From Candidatus Methanimicrococcus labiotermitis (lineage in GTDB: Archaea; Halobacteriota; Methanosarcinia; Methanosarcinales; Methanosarcinaceae), in the NCBI GenBank assembly GCA_009784005.1, contig WRCE01000003.1, forward strand, positions 10,519-74,518: 64,000 nucleotides of DNA. The letters run 5' to 3'. Positions 9,963-19,148 of the stretch are shown one piece after another. The notes below the pieces were generated by a model. It worked only from the letters and a program-made list of their open reading frames with translations, was not told the DNA's origin and ran no database searches. Position 1 is the stretch's first letter; every line of letters begins with the position of its first letter. The position numbers were made by a program, and so were the translations under genes.

Positions 9963-10649
9963 ACTTTCACCTTAATATTGGTTCACTGGAAGACAAACGC
10001 AAGCGACTGTCCGATATAAAGAATAATAAACAATATAACCCGCGCTTTTATCCGGTTTTCAAAAAGGCAGAAAGCCTTTCACAGGATTAAATGAAACGTT
10101 TTTAACACCACATAATTAACATCACAATTAACACCATTTAAATTGCAATCCGGCGGTTTCGCGACCGAAAAGTTGGTGAAAATTAAATAACAGTCTCGTT
10201 GTTTAATAAGCTTTTTACTATCGGTTTTGTATTCAAAGTCCTGAAACGATATCGGAGCAACCAAAGACTTGTATTCGGAACAATTGAAGAAAATATATGA
10301 AAATCGTGTGCCGCCGATTGATAACTAAGTTGATAATAAACATGATAACAATTCTGCTGATGCTGATTTTAAATAGTAATCATTTCTATTAAGAGGAACC
10401 GTTCGGCTGATTATGTTTTCTAATCAGAAGAGTTACTAATTTGAAAACGACCATTAATCTGACAATTGACAAAAATTTTTCGATGCCTTAGTAAAACTCG
10501 GCACCTTGGTAAAATCAGGCTTGTGAGTGCCGCGCCCGCGCCCCGAATAAAACGTGATGAGTAGCCGACGGGAACAAAATAGTGCGTCGACAAAAAACGA
10601 CGAATGCGGCAACTGAAAAACAGAAACAAAGGGAAAAAACAAACTGAGG

Positions 10650-11585
10650 AAAATGAAACACCCCTTTCTTCGACAAAATAAGAAATGGGAACGCCCCTTT
10701 TCCCGAAACTCATCTTTCAGGTTTTAAAAAGAGGCGTTCAGGTTTTGAATAAAACGAACAAATCGGTGTTTCATTTTTTTAATTCTCTTTTAGCCCCTAA
10801 AACCGACCGTTCATTACGAATTCCGGTCTGAGCGCAGCGAAGAACGGAATCGGAATGAACGGCTATTATCATTATTTGCTGATGCTGATACTGATATTTA
10901 TGTTGATGTTGATGCTGTTGCCGGTTTATTGTCAATCTGTACTAATGAGAAAAATGTACTGATAATAGTGATGAGAATAAGTTGTGCGCCGCATTTTCGT
11001 CTTTCGTCCGCTTCGCTCCCGAAATCCGAAATTGCGGTCGTACTTGAACTTTTCAAAGAATAACAAAAATGAAACATCCTTTCTTCAACAAAATAACAAA
11101 AATGAAACACCCCTTTCTTCAACAAAATACGAAAAGGGAACGCCCCTTTTCCCGAAACTCATCTTTCAGGTTTTAAAAAGAGGCGTTCAGGTTTTGAATA
11201 AAACGAACAAATCGGTGTTTCATTTTTTCTTCTCTTTTAACCCCTAAAACCGACCGTTCATTACGAATTCCGGTCTGAGCGCAGCGAAGAACGGAATCGG
11301 AATGAACGGCTATTATCATTATTTGCTGATGTTGATGCTGATGTTGATGCTGATGTTGATGCAGATGTTGATGCTGATGCTGTTGCCGGTTTATTGTTAA
11401 TCTGTACCGATGAGAAGAATGTGCAGATAAATATTGATGAGAAAAATGTACTGACAATATTGATGAGAATAAGTTGTGCGCCGCATTTTCGTCTTTCGTC
11501 CGCTTCGCTCCCGAAATCCGAAATTGCGGTCGTACTTGAACTTTTCAAAGAACAACAAAAAAGAAACACCCTTTTATTCATCAAA
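10650..11585 (+). repeat. Family-1 composite structured repeat, two tandem units of about 440 bp (modules M3-M2-microsatellite-M1)
   Basis: Module M3 is a nested inverted repeat (TGAAACACC...GAACGCC...GGCGTTC...GGTGTTTCA). Module M2 is the hairpin CCGTTCATTACGAATTCCG...CGGAATCGGAATGAACGG. Then comes a variable (GCTGAT/GTTGAT)n core. Module M1 is GCCGCATTTTCG...CGAAATTGCGGT. The units are near-identical to the copies at 14.6-15.2 kb and 38.3-39.0 kb. Confidence 0.85.
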
Positions 11586-11624
11586 AAGGAAAAAACAACG
11601 GCAAAAACAGCAAACTTGAAAGAT

Positions 11625-12896
11625 TTATCTGACGTTTGTCAGCTTCCCGTCCTTGGATAAAACAACAACGCGGCTCGGCTCGGATTCGCCGGCGTATTGA
11701 TATCCGGCAAAGGACGCGATGTCATTCGCAAACGCCCGAATCTCTTCTTGTTCCGCCATGTTGGCGCGCGCCAGGCGCAGTCTTGAAAAGCCCACGTGCA
11801 TGTAGGATTTGACTTCAACGAAATCGGGCGCCGCGATTTTTATCAGTTCGGCAAGTCCGGGCGCGTCTGCCATGTTTAAGCCTTTGACAGCGGTCACCCG
11901 AATGACTGTCCTGACGCCTTCTGATTTCTTTTCTTTGAGAACCGCCAGGGACTCATTCACTTTTTCCCAAAGGTTTTTGCTTTTCGGGCGGCAAACGTTA
12001 TCATACATTTCAGGCGTGGACGCGTCTAAACTCATGTAAAGCTGAGTCGGTTTGATTTGACGAAGCATGTCGGGATTCGTTCCGTTGGTGACAAGAAAAA
12101 CCGTCATGCCGGCTTTTTCAAATTCCGTGACCAACTCAGGCAGCCGCGGATAAAAAGTCGGCTCGCCGGAAAGAGATATGGCGACGTTGGACGGGTTGAC
12201 GGCTTCTTCGTAGTGGCCGGGAACCGCGTTTTTTGACCCGCCGAAGCCGGTAATCAATTTTCGCTGGGCTTTGACACTCTCCCTCACAATCGTTTCCGGG
12301 TCGTCCCACGAATCGGGAATACCCGCTTCGACTTCCGTCGGGCGCCAGCAAAAAACGCATGCCTGATTACACATCAGGGTCGGCGTCATCTGAAGGCAGC
12401 GATGGGACGTCACGCCGTAAAAAGAAGATTTGTAACAAACGCCCGTGCCGTTCATTGAATTTTTCAGCCACGAGCATGTTTTAACGGCGGAATGGGCGCC
12501 GGCTTTCGCGTAACCCTGACGGCGCATCAGCTCGTCAATCGAAATGTCTTCGGGAGAATAATGAAAACGGCTTCTTTCTTCGGAAGGGGTGGGAGGAGAG
12601 GAGCCTTTAATCAGGCCCTCGGCTGAATCCCGAGTGGAATCGCAAGAGGAATCGCAAGGGGAATCGCGGGTGGAATCACAGGCGGAATCGCAGGCGGAAT
12701 CACAGGCGGAATCACAGGCGGAATCGCGGGTGGAATCGCAGGTGGAATCGCGAGCGGAATCACGGGTGGAATCACGAGTGGAATCACGGGCGGAATCACG
12801 AGTGGAATCTCGGATTGAACCTTCTCTTTTTTCACAATCAGTGACCGGTTTTTTTTCATTCATTTTTGTGACCCGAAATAAAAATACGATTCGCAA
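11625..12896 (-). CDS. taw1: tRNA 4-demethylwyosine synthase (TYW1/Taw1, radical SAM) with a repeat-encoded N-terminal extension
   Basis: Radical-SAM CX3CX2C (MCNQACVFCWR), an upstream Cys cluster (KTCSWLK...GVCYK), SLSGEPT, and FLVTNGT. The N-terminus carries (DSTRDSA)n repeats. Confidence 0.85.
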   Translation of the reverse strand: MRIVFLFRVTKMNEKKPVTDCEKREGSIRDSTRDSARDSTRDSTRDSARDSTCDSTRDSACDSACDSACDSACDSTRDSPCDSSCDSTRDSAEGLIKGSSPPTPSEERSRFHYSPEDISIDELMRRQGYAKAGAHSAVKTCSWLKNSMNGTGVCYKSSFYGVTSHRCLQMTPTLMCNQACVFCWRPTEVEAGIPDSWDDPETIVRESVKAQRKLITGFGGSKNAVPGHYEEAVNPSNVAISLSGEPTFYPRLPELVTEFEKAGMTVFLVTNGTNPDMLRQIKPTQLYMSLDASTPEMYDNVCRPKSKNLWEKVNESLAVLKEKKSEGVRTVIRVTAVKGLNMADAPGLAELIKIAAPDFVEVKSYMHVGFSRLRLARANMAEQEEIRAFANDIASFAGYQYAGESEPSRVVVLSKDGKLTNVR

Positions 12897-12920
12897 TGTA
12901 ACTTAAACAATTTGATTAAC

Positions 12921-13072
12921 AATGCCTTAAACGATACCTTAAACGATGCCTTAAACAATGCCTTAAACAATGCCTTAACGATGCCTTAAACGATGCCTAA
13001 ACAATGCTTTAAACAATACTTTAAACGATGTCTTAAACGATGCAGCTTAAACGATGCAGCTTAAACGATGTA
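12921..13072. repeat. Intergenic minisatellite, ~12-bp unit (GCCTTAAACGAT)
   Basis: About 12 copies upstream of taw1, reaching the 3' end of the 390-aa ORF. Confidence 0.85.
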
Positions 13073-14233
13073 ATATCTGTTGTTGCTGCTCGGCTTTTCC
13101 CGTTCCGTCACGTCGGCGCCGATCAGGCTGGCGATTTCCAGGCCGTCGCCGCAGGTATTCGCCAATGAGGAGTACAATTCGTCTTTGGAAATGTATTTCT
13201 CGGTACGCGTTCCGTCTGCCAGTTGTATCTTTATGGAAATTTCGGATTTGATGGGGCTTCTGCGGATGCACTCGGAAATAATTGCGGCGTATTGCGTGGC
13301 AATGATTTTCATGCAGTCGAAAATCAAATTGTTGGCAATGGCATCATCGTCGTCGATTAATATTTCCGTCAATTCAAAAGAAGAAATGCTTTTACGGATA
13401 TACTCGACAATGTTTTTCGGGATTTTCTGAAGTTCGGAATCCTCAATCAAAACCGCCAAATCCGTGTCAGCCGTGATGTCGCGGCCGTCATCGTAAACCG
13501 AGAAATTGCCGTTTTTACGAACAATGCGGATGATTTTCTTTTTGTTTTCAAGCTCCAAAGAGAAGTTATACAAATCATCGTACTGAATGGAAAGGATAAG
13601 GAATTCCGATAAACTGAGAACGCGCGGCTTTTGTTCTTTTGAGAACAGGCCGGTTGATGCCATAAACGGCAGTGAAAAGTCCCCGAGAAGTCTTTGAACG
13701 GTCAATTTTTCATCGGCAAAATGCAGCTTGTAATTGAATTTAAGACCGAAGGCGTAACAATAAAGCATGCCGCCAAGGACTTGGTCGTAAGAAATATCAT
13801 AAACGCGTTTGGAGCCGTAGACGCCTGAAATTAAAAAAGGGTTTAAGATTTTGATAATTTCGGCTTCCTTGGATTTGACCCGGATGTCAGAATCCTTTTT
13901 CAAGGAGGCGAGTGCGGCTTCGTATTCATCGTGCGTCCGGCGAATGAATTTATCGCAGACGTCCATGATTTCGCCGATGCACGGCTCTAAGAGAGCGGTC
14001 TCTTCGTTGTCGCGGTCGGTCGGCAGGGAATGAGAAAGGCCTACCTTGAAATTACTCAAAATAAGAAGTTTCCGTTCAAAAACCGAACTTTGGTCTTTTT
14101 CCAGGTCCTTCAATTCCATGATTTGGTTTTCAAGAGGCAGAATTTTTTCAAGGCATTCCACATAATTTTTCAAATCTTGAATAAAGTCCCTCTGGACCGG
14201 AAGTTCCGTCCCGTCCTGATAAGTGTAAAGCAT
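13061..14233 (-). CDS. Hypothetical protein (390 aa), no recognisable domain
   Basis: A long uninterrupted ORF with normal composition. I recognise no motif. Confidence 0.5.
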   Translation of the reverse strand: MLYTYQDGTELPVQRDFIQDLKNYVECLEKILPLENQIMELKDLEKDQSSVFERKLLILSNFKVGLSHSLPTDRDNEETALLEPCIGEIMDVCDKFIRRTHDEYEAALASLKKDSDIRVKSKEAEIIKILNPFLISGVYGSKRVYDISYDQVLGGMLYCYAFGLKFNYKLHFADEKLTVQRLLGDFSLPFMASTGLFSKEQKPRVLSLSEFLILSIQYDDLYNFSLELENKKKIIRIVRKNGNFSVYDDGRDITADTDLAVLIEDSELQKIPKNIVEYIRKSISSFELTEILIDDDDAIANNLIFDCMKIIATQYAAIISECIRRSPIKSEISIKIQLADGTRTEKYISKDELYSSLANTCGDGLEIASLIGADVTEREKPSSNNRYYIV

Positions 14234-14254
14234 AGGCGCACCTTTGAATTGTTA

Positions 14255-14355
14255 AAATTGTTAATAATGACGATAATAACGATAATGATGATAATGACGA
14301 TAATGACGATAATGATGATAATAACGATAATGTTGATAATGTCGATAATGAATAT
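14255..14355. repeat. Intergenic minisatellite, 12-bp unit (GATAATGACGAT/GATAATGATGAT)
   Basis: Read directly upstream of the 390-aa ORF. Confidence 0.8.
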
Positions 14356-14589
14356 AACTTAATTATGTTATTTTCTTTTTAAGAGTTTCGTAACTTATAT
14401 AAACGTGACAAATACCCGAAATTGTCACAAATTTTTGTGACGTTAATTCGCACTACCCTGTTTTTAAGTTCAATGTGTGAAAAAAACAAACCGATTTTGA
14501 AAAAACAAATGACGAAATGAAAAACGACAAAAACGAAACATCATTTTGAAAAAAATTGTAATCAAGAAACAAAATGAGAAAATTGTAAG

Positions 14590-15205
14590 AGAGAATGTAC
14601 TGATAATATTGATGAGAATAAGTTGTGAGCCGCATTTTCGTCTTTCGTCCGCTTCGCTCCCGAAATCCGAAATTGCGGTCGTACTTGAACTTTTCGAAGA
14701 ATAACAAAAAATGAAACACCCCTTTCTTCTGAAAATAAGAAAAATGAACGCCCCTTTTCCCGAAACTTATCTTTCAGGTTTTTAAAAAACGGCGTTCGGG
14801 TTTGAATAAAATCAACGAAAATCGGTGTTTCATTTTTTATTCTCTTTTAACCCCTAAAACCGACCGTTCATTACGAATTCCGGTCTGAGCGCAGCGAAGA
14901 ACGGAATCGGAATGAACGGCTATTATCATTATTTGCTGATGCTGATGTTGATACTGATGCAGGTTTGTTATCTGTCTATTTTCAGCCTATTGTCTGTCTA
15001 TTTTCAGTTAATATTGATGATGATATTGATGATGATATTGATGATGATATTGATGATGATATTGATGATGATATTGATGATGATATTGATGATATTATTG
15101 ATGATAATATTGATGAAAATAAGTTGTGCGCCGCATTTTCGTCTTTCGTCCGCTTCGCTACCGAAATCCGAAATTGCGGTCGTACTTGAACTTTTCAATG
15201 AATAA
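14590..15205 (+). repeat. Family-1 composite structured repeat (M1-M3-M2-microsatellite-M1)
   Basis: Same modules as locus 1. Here the variable core is (TGATGATATTGA)n at about 15005-15110. Confidence 0.85.
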
Positions 15206-15312
15206 TAAAAATGAAACTAATCGAAAAAACAGTAAACAAAAATGAAACTAATCAAAAAAACAGTGAGCAAAAGGAAAAAAGAAAAAAGGACAAGAACTTG
15301 CCCTTTCGAATT

Positions 15313-16275
15313 TTAAAGCAAAACGGCTCTGACCGGGTCCAAAATCTCATTGAGATATTTAACGCAGGACGATTTCAAGTCCATCGGGTGAACTTTTTCT
15401 TCGGCGAAGGCGGTTTCCAGTTCCATGTAAGAATTGTAAGTTACGTTGCCGCCGAACTTTTCGGGCTTCTCGATTGTGATGGCATTGCATCGCGGGAATA
15501 TGTGGTATTTGAACAATTCCATAATCGGGTTCTGCGCGATGTCGCCCTGTTTGCAGTAAGCTTTTTTGATCTTGTTGGCAACATCGTCGGCGGTGTCGTC
15601 CACGGAAATGAAATTGTCGTTGGACGAAGACATTTTGTTGCCGTCAAAGCCTGAGATGATTGGCGTGTGAACGCAGACAGGTGTCTTGAAACCGAGTTCT
15701 TTTAAGTTCTCGCGGGCAAGCATGTGAATTTTGCGCTGGTCGGTACCGCCGATTGCGATATCAACGTCCAGAAGAGCAATGTCAATCGCCTGCATAATCG
15801 GGTAGATGAGCTGAGAAACCATCGGGTTGTCCATGGCGCGGCCGACTTCGTCCATACTGCGATTGGCGCGGCTGAGCGTTACGGATTTGGCCATTTGTAA
15901 GACATAAAGCATATATTCCTGACCCAACTGATAGTCCGAACCCAAAACGAATTTGGTGTTTTTCTCACTCAAACCGAGCGCGATAAAGCATCTCTTGTTA
16001 TAATCCGCGATTTTGCGGATTTCCTCAAAAGTTCCTTTCTTATTGAGATAAGCGTGGACATCCGCGAGCAAAACAATCACTTCACAGCCGGCTTTTTGAC
16101 AGTCCAACAACTTGTTGACCGTCAAAACGTGTCCCATGTGAATCCGTCCGCTGGGCTCATAACCGACATAAACCTTCGGAGCGGGGTTGCTCTTGAAAAG
16201 TTCAGCCAGTTCTTCATCCGTGACGATTTCTTCCACGTTGTTTTTAATATGTTCGATCTTCTCTTCAGGGGTCAT
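15313..16275 (-). CDS. tyrS: Tyrosine--tRNA ligase
   Basis: Contains the HIGH-type motif GYEPSGRIHMGH and the KMSKS-type motif KMSSS. The start is taken at MTPEEK (ATG, complement 16273..16275) rather than at the longer track ORF. Confidence 0.95.
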   Translation of the reverse strand: MTPEEKIEHIKNNVEEIVTDEELAELFKSNPAPKVYVGYEPSGRIHMGHVLTVNKLLDCQKAGCEVIVLLADVHAYLNKKGTFEEIRKIADYNKRCFIALGLSEKNTKFVLGSDYQLGQEYMLYVLQMAKSVTLSRANRSMDEVGRAMDNPMVSQLIYPIMQAIDIALLDVDIAIGGTDQRKIHMLARENLKELGFKTPVCVHTPIISGFDGNKMSSSNDNFISVDDTADDVANKIKKAYCKQGDIAQNPIMELFKYHIFPRCNAITIEKPEKFGGNVTYNSYMELETAFAEEKVHPMDLKSSCVKYLNEILDPVRAVLL

Positions 16276-16642
16276 CTGAAAACTCCTTAAATAAAATATT
16301 CTAAATATGCGCTTCTTTAGCGCAGTCAATGAAATAAGTAATACAAACGGCACTTATGAGAGTTTTACAGATATAAATAATTCTCTTAAATAATTCTCTT
16401 TTTAAAAGACGATCCTTTTTTTCAAAAAATAAAAAAAGAAAAGCAAAAACCACCTTTTCTAAAAAATGAATGACGAACATTTTCCAATGCAAGAAAGGAT
16501 GCCGACTCTCTTGACACCGGTATCGAAAAGAATAATTTCAAACGAATAAGACCTATATAAACATTCCCAATTTTATAATTTCGCCGAGTAAATATAGTTA
16601 GTTACGATGAATATGTTTAAAAAGTAGACAGGAAGCCTCGTA

Positions 16643-17791
16643 ATGAACAATGAATTTTTTCAGGAACAACGTGAACAATCACTCATAAAAGCACAGATTG
16701 TTTCAAAATACTTCTCCGCTTGGGCGAACGTTATTCTCAACACACAAAAAAAGTATTCTAAGCATGATCAAAAGATGGCATATATTGACCTGTTCGCCGG
16801 ACCCGGGCGATATGATAATCAAAGTAAATCTACACCACTTTTAGTCCTTGAAGAAATTCTGAAAAGTCCGGACTTGCCGGACCGCATGATTACGTTATTT
16901 AACGACAAAGACTCAAAAAACATCGATAGTTTGAAAGAGGCAATTCGTCAACTCGACGGCATTGAAAGATTGAAGTATCCGCCGGGCTTCTTCAATGAAG
17001 AAGTAGGTGATGAAATCGCAAAAATGTTTAACGATTTGAACTTTGTTCCTACTCTTTTTTTCGTTGATCCTTGGGGCTATAAAGGCCTCTCTCTTAACCT
17101 TGTTTCTTCAATTATTAAAGATTGGGGATGCGATTGTATTTTTTTCTTTAACTATAACAGAGTGAGTATGGGTATCAACAACGAAGCCATAAAGCCTCAC
17201 ATGGTATCATTATTTGGCAACGAACGTTTAGATTCTGTCCGTCGTAAATGCGACACTGTTGTAAATACCAATGAACGTGAGAAAATAATCATTCAAGAGT
17301 TGTGCAATGCCTTGAAAGAGAACGGCAGTCGTTTTGTTCTGCCATTTAGATTTAAAAACAATGAAGGTACGCGAACAAGCCATCATTTGATATTCCTAAG
17401 TAAAGGTTTTCGCGGGTATGACATTATGAAAGATATAATGCATAGGGAAAGCACAGATAAATCAGGCGAAGTTGCTGCTTCTTTTGAATACAATCCTCTT
17501 GATTTGCGCGGTAGTAAGCAGTATACTCTGCGTGATTGGTTATCACCTCCGCTTAATGATTTAAGGGATATGTTATTACAGGAATATGATGGTCAAACGA
17601 TAGACTTTCTTCAGCTTTACGAAGAACATAGTGTAGATAAACCGTTTATCAAAAAGAATTATAAAGGTGTTCTCAGAACTTTATACGATGATAAGAGAAT
17701 CAAGGCGGTCGACCGAAAAACAGGTAAACCGCCACGCAAAGGAACATCATTTTCCGATAATATGCGAATCACGTTTGAGGGTGTGAAATGA
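16643..17791 (+). CDS. tcmP: Three-Cys-motif partner protein TcmP family
   Basis: The N-terminal pattern ...SLIKAQIVSKYFSAWANVI...YIDLFAGPGRY... matches the TcmP family as I recall it. It overlaps the following Gp37/Gp68 gene by 4 nt (ATGA). Confidence 0.65.
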   Translation: MNNEFFQEQREQSLIKAQIVSKYFSAWANVILNTQKKYSKHDQKMAYIDLFAGPGRYDNQSKSTPLLVLEEILKSPDLPDRMITLFNDKDSKNIDSLKEAIRQLDGIERLKYPPGFFNEEVGDEIAKMFNDLNFVPTLFFVDPWGYKGLSLNLVSSIIKDWGCDCIFFFNYNRVSMGINNEAIKPHMVSLFGNERLDSVRRKCDTVVNTNEREKIIIQELCNALKENGSRFVLPFRFKNNEGTRTSHHLIFLSKGFRGYDIMKDIMHRESTDKSGEVAASFEYNPLDLRGSKQYTLRDWLSPPLNDLRDMLLQEYDGQTIDFLQLYEEHSVDKPFIKKNYKGVLRTLYDDKRIKAVDRKTGKPPRKGTSFSDNMRITFEGVK

Positions 17792-18525
17792 GAGTAACAA
17801 AAATAGAGTGGACGGATAGAACGTGGAATCCCGTAACCGGATGTACAAAAATGTCAACAGGTTGTACTTATTGCTATGCTGAAACGATGGCGCGTCGGCT
17901 ACAAGCAATGGGGATGGACAAATACGCAAACGGATTTACCCCTACAATACATGAAGATGTTCTTGATGAACCTCTAAAGTGGAAACAATCACACACTGTA
18001 TTTGTTTGCTCCATGGCTGACCTGTTTCACGATTCTGTTCCATTCAGCTTTATTGACAAGGTCATGGATACAATTCGACAAACGAAACATCACCGCTACC
18101 AGATTCTGACCAAGCGCGCCAATAGAATGGCTGAGTATTTCAGCAAATCCGAGGTTCCTGAAAATGTATGGCTCGGTGTAACTGTCGAGGCGCCTTCCGA
18201 AAAATCGCGAATTGATTCACTTAGGGGATTACAAGCGGCAATTCGTTTTATATCATGTGAACCATTAGTGGAAGACCTCGGCACAATTGATTTAACAGGT
18301 GTCGACTGGATAATTGTCGGAGGAGAAAGCGGTGTAAAAGCTCGCCCAATGAAACCTGAATGGGTCCGTTCAATACGACATCAGGCAGATGAACAAGGTG
18401 TCGCTTTCTTTTTTAAACAATGGGGAACTTGGGGTTTTGATGGCGTAAAACGCAACAAAAAAGCAAATGGAAAAGCTCTGGACGGTAAAATCATTCAAAT
18501 GATGCCACAGTCGGCCGTGAGATAA
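17788..18525 (+). CDS. Phage Gp37/Gp68 family protein (DUF5131)
   Basis: KIEWTDRTWNPVTGCTKMSTGCTYCYAE is the family signature, with its three-Cys motif. IVGGESG appears later in the protein. Confidence 0.8.
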   Translation: MRVTKIEWTDRTWNPVTGCTKMSTGCTYCYAETMARRLQAMGMDKYANGFTPTIHEDVLDEPLKWKQSHTVFVCSMADLFHDSVPFSFIDKVMDTIRQTKHHRYQILTKRANRMAEYFSKSEVPENVWLGVTVEAPSEKSRIDSLRGLQAAIRFISCEPLVEDLGTIDLTGVDWIIVGGESGVKARPMKPEWVRSIRHQADEQGVAFFFKQWGTWGFDGVKRNKKANGKALDGKIIQMMPQSAVR

Positions 18526-18642
18526 AATTAAAAATAAACGATATTAAATAATAAACGACAAAGCAGACATCTCATTTCAGAATGAAACAACCTGAAAAAT
18601 AAAAACCGCCAAAAAGAAGAAATAAAAAAGAAATGACCGACA

Positions 18643-18900
18643 TCAGTCGTCGGCTTTCTTTTGGAAGCGGCGAATCACGTCGCGAATTAAAACAATGTCC
18701 GCCGCCGTGACAACCCAGCGGTAAGGAATAACGATACCGTCGCCGGCAATATCAAAGACATCCGTGTTGATACGGTTTGCGATTAATCCTGAAACGGATT
18801 GGCTTTCGACATCGATAATAACATCAATGACTTTACCGACATAAATACCGTTCACGGTGTAAATGTCAAGTCCAAAAAGTGAAGTCAGTTCGGTACGCAT
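18643..18900 (-). CDS. PRC-barrel domain protein
   Basis: 85 aa. The pattern ...LFGLDIYTVNGIYVGKVIDVIIDVES..VSGLI is typical of small archaeal PRC-barrel proteins. Confidence 0.7.
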   Translation of the reverse strand: MRTELTSLFGLDIYTVNGIYVGKVIDVIIDVESQSVSGLIANRINTDVFDIAGDGIVIPYRWVVTAADIVLIRDVIRRFQKKADD

Positions 18901-19148
18901 ATTTTCTCGCCTTGAACAAATGTGTGAAATTTATTGGGATTAAAAATGTGATTAATGAATTAAAGTATATATGGAAATGGAATATAAATTGTTTGTCCAT
19001 TACTGTTCCTTTTAGCCCTTCTCGGTCAATGAATATTTTATCCGATGTTTTATTTAGCCTCTTTGGTTTAACCGCTATGGTTTAGCCGTTGTTTTGAATA
19101 AATTCAATACTTTTAAAACCTTTGATACTTTTGAATACGATTCAATCC

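Noticed and set aside
10898-11584. Small-protein family encoded in family-1 repeats. The peptide ...SLKSSSTTAISDFGSEADERRKCGAQLI... recurs in ORFs 10898..11125, 11261..11584 and 15004..15198, and in a ~52-aa ORF near 38275.
   Set aside because: Copies are near-identical at all codon positions, so there is no coding-type substitution pattern. The copy at 14453..14719 and the one at 38692..38934 read the same DNA in other frames. The tails are just translated microsatellite. A non-coding element is more parsimonious.
14990-15115. C/D-box sRNA signals (TGATGA / CTGA) in the microsatellite cores of family-1 repeats.
   Set aside because: The TGATGA strings are simply the repeat unit itself. There is no paired C/D and C'/D' architecture or guide region.
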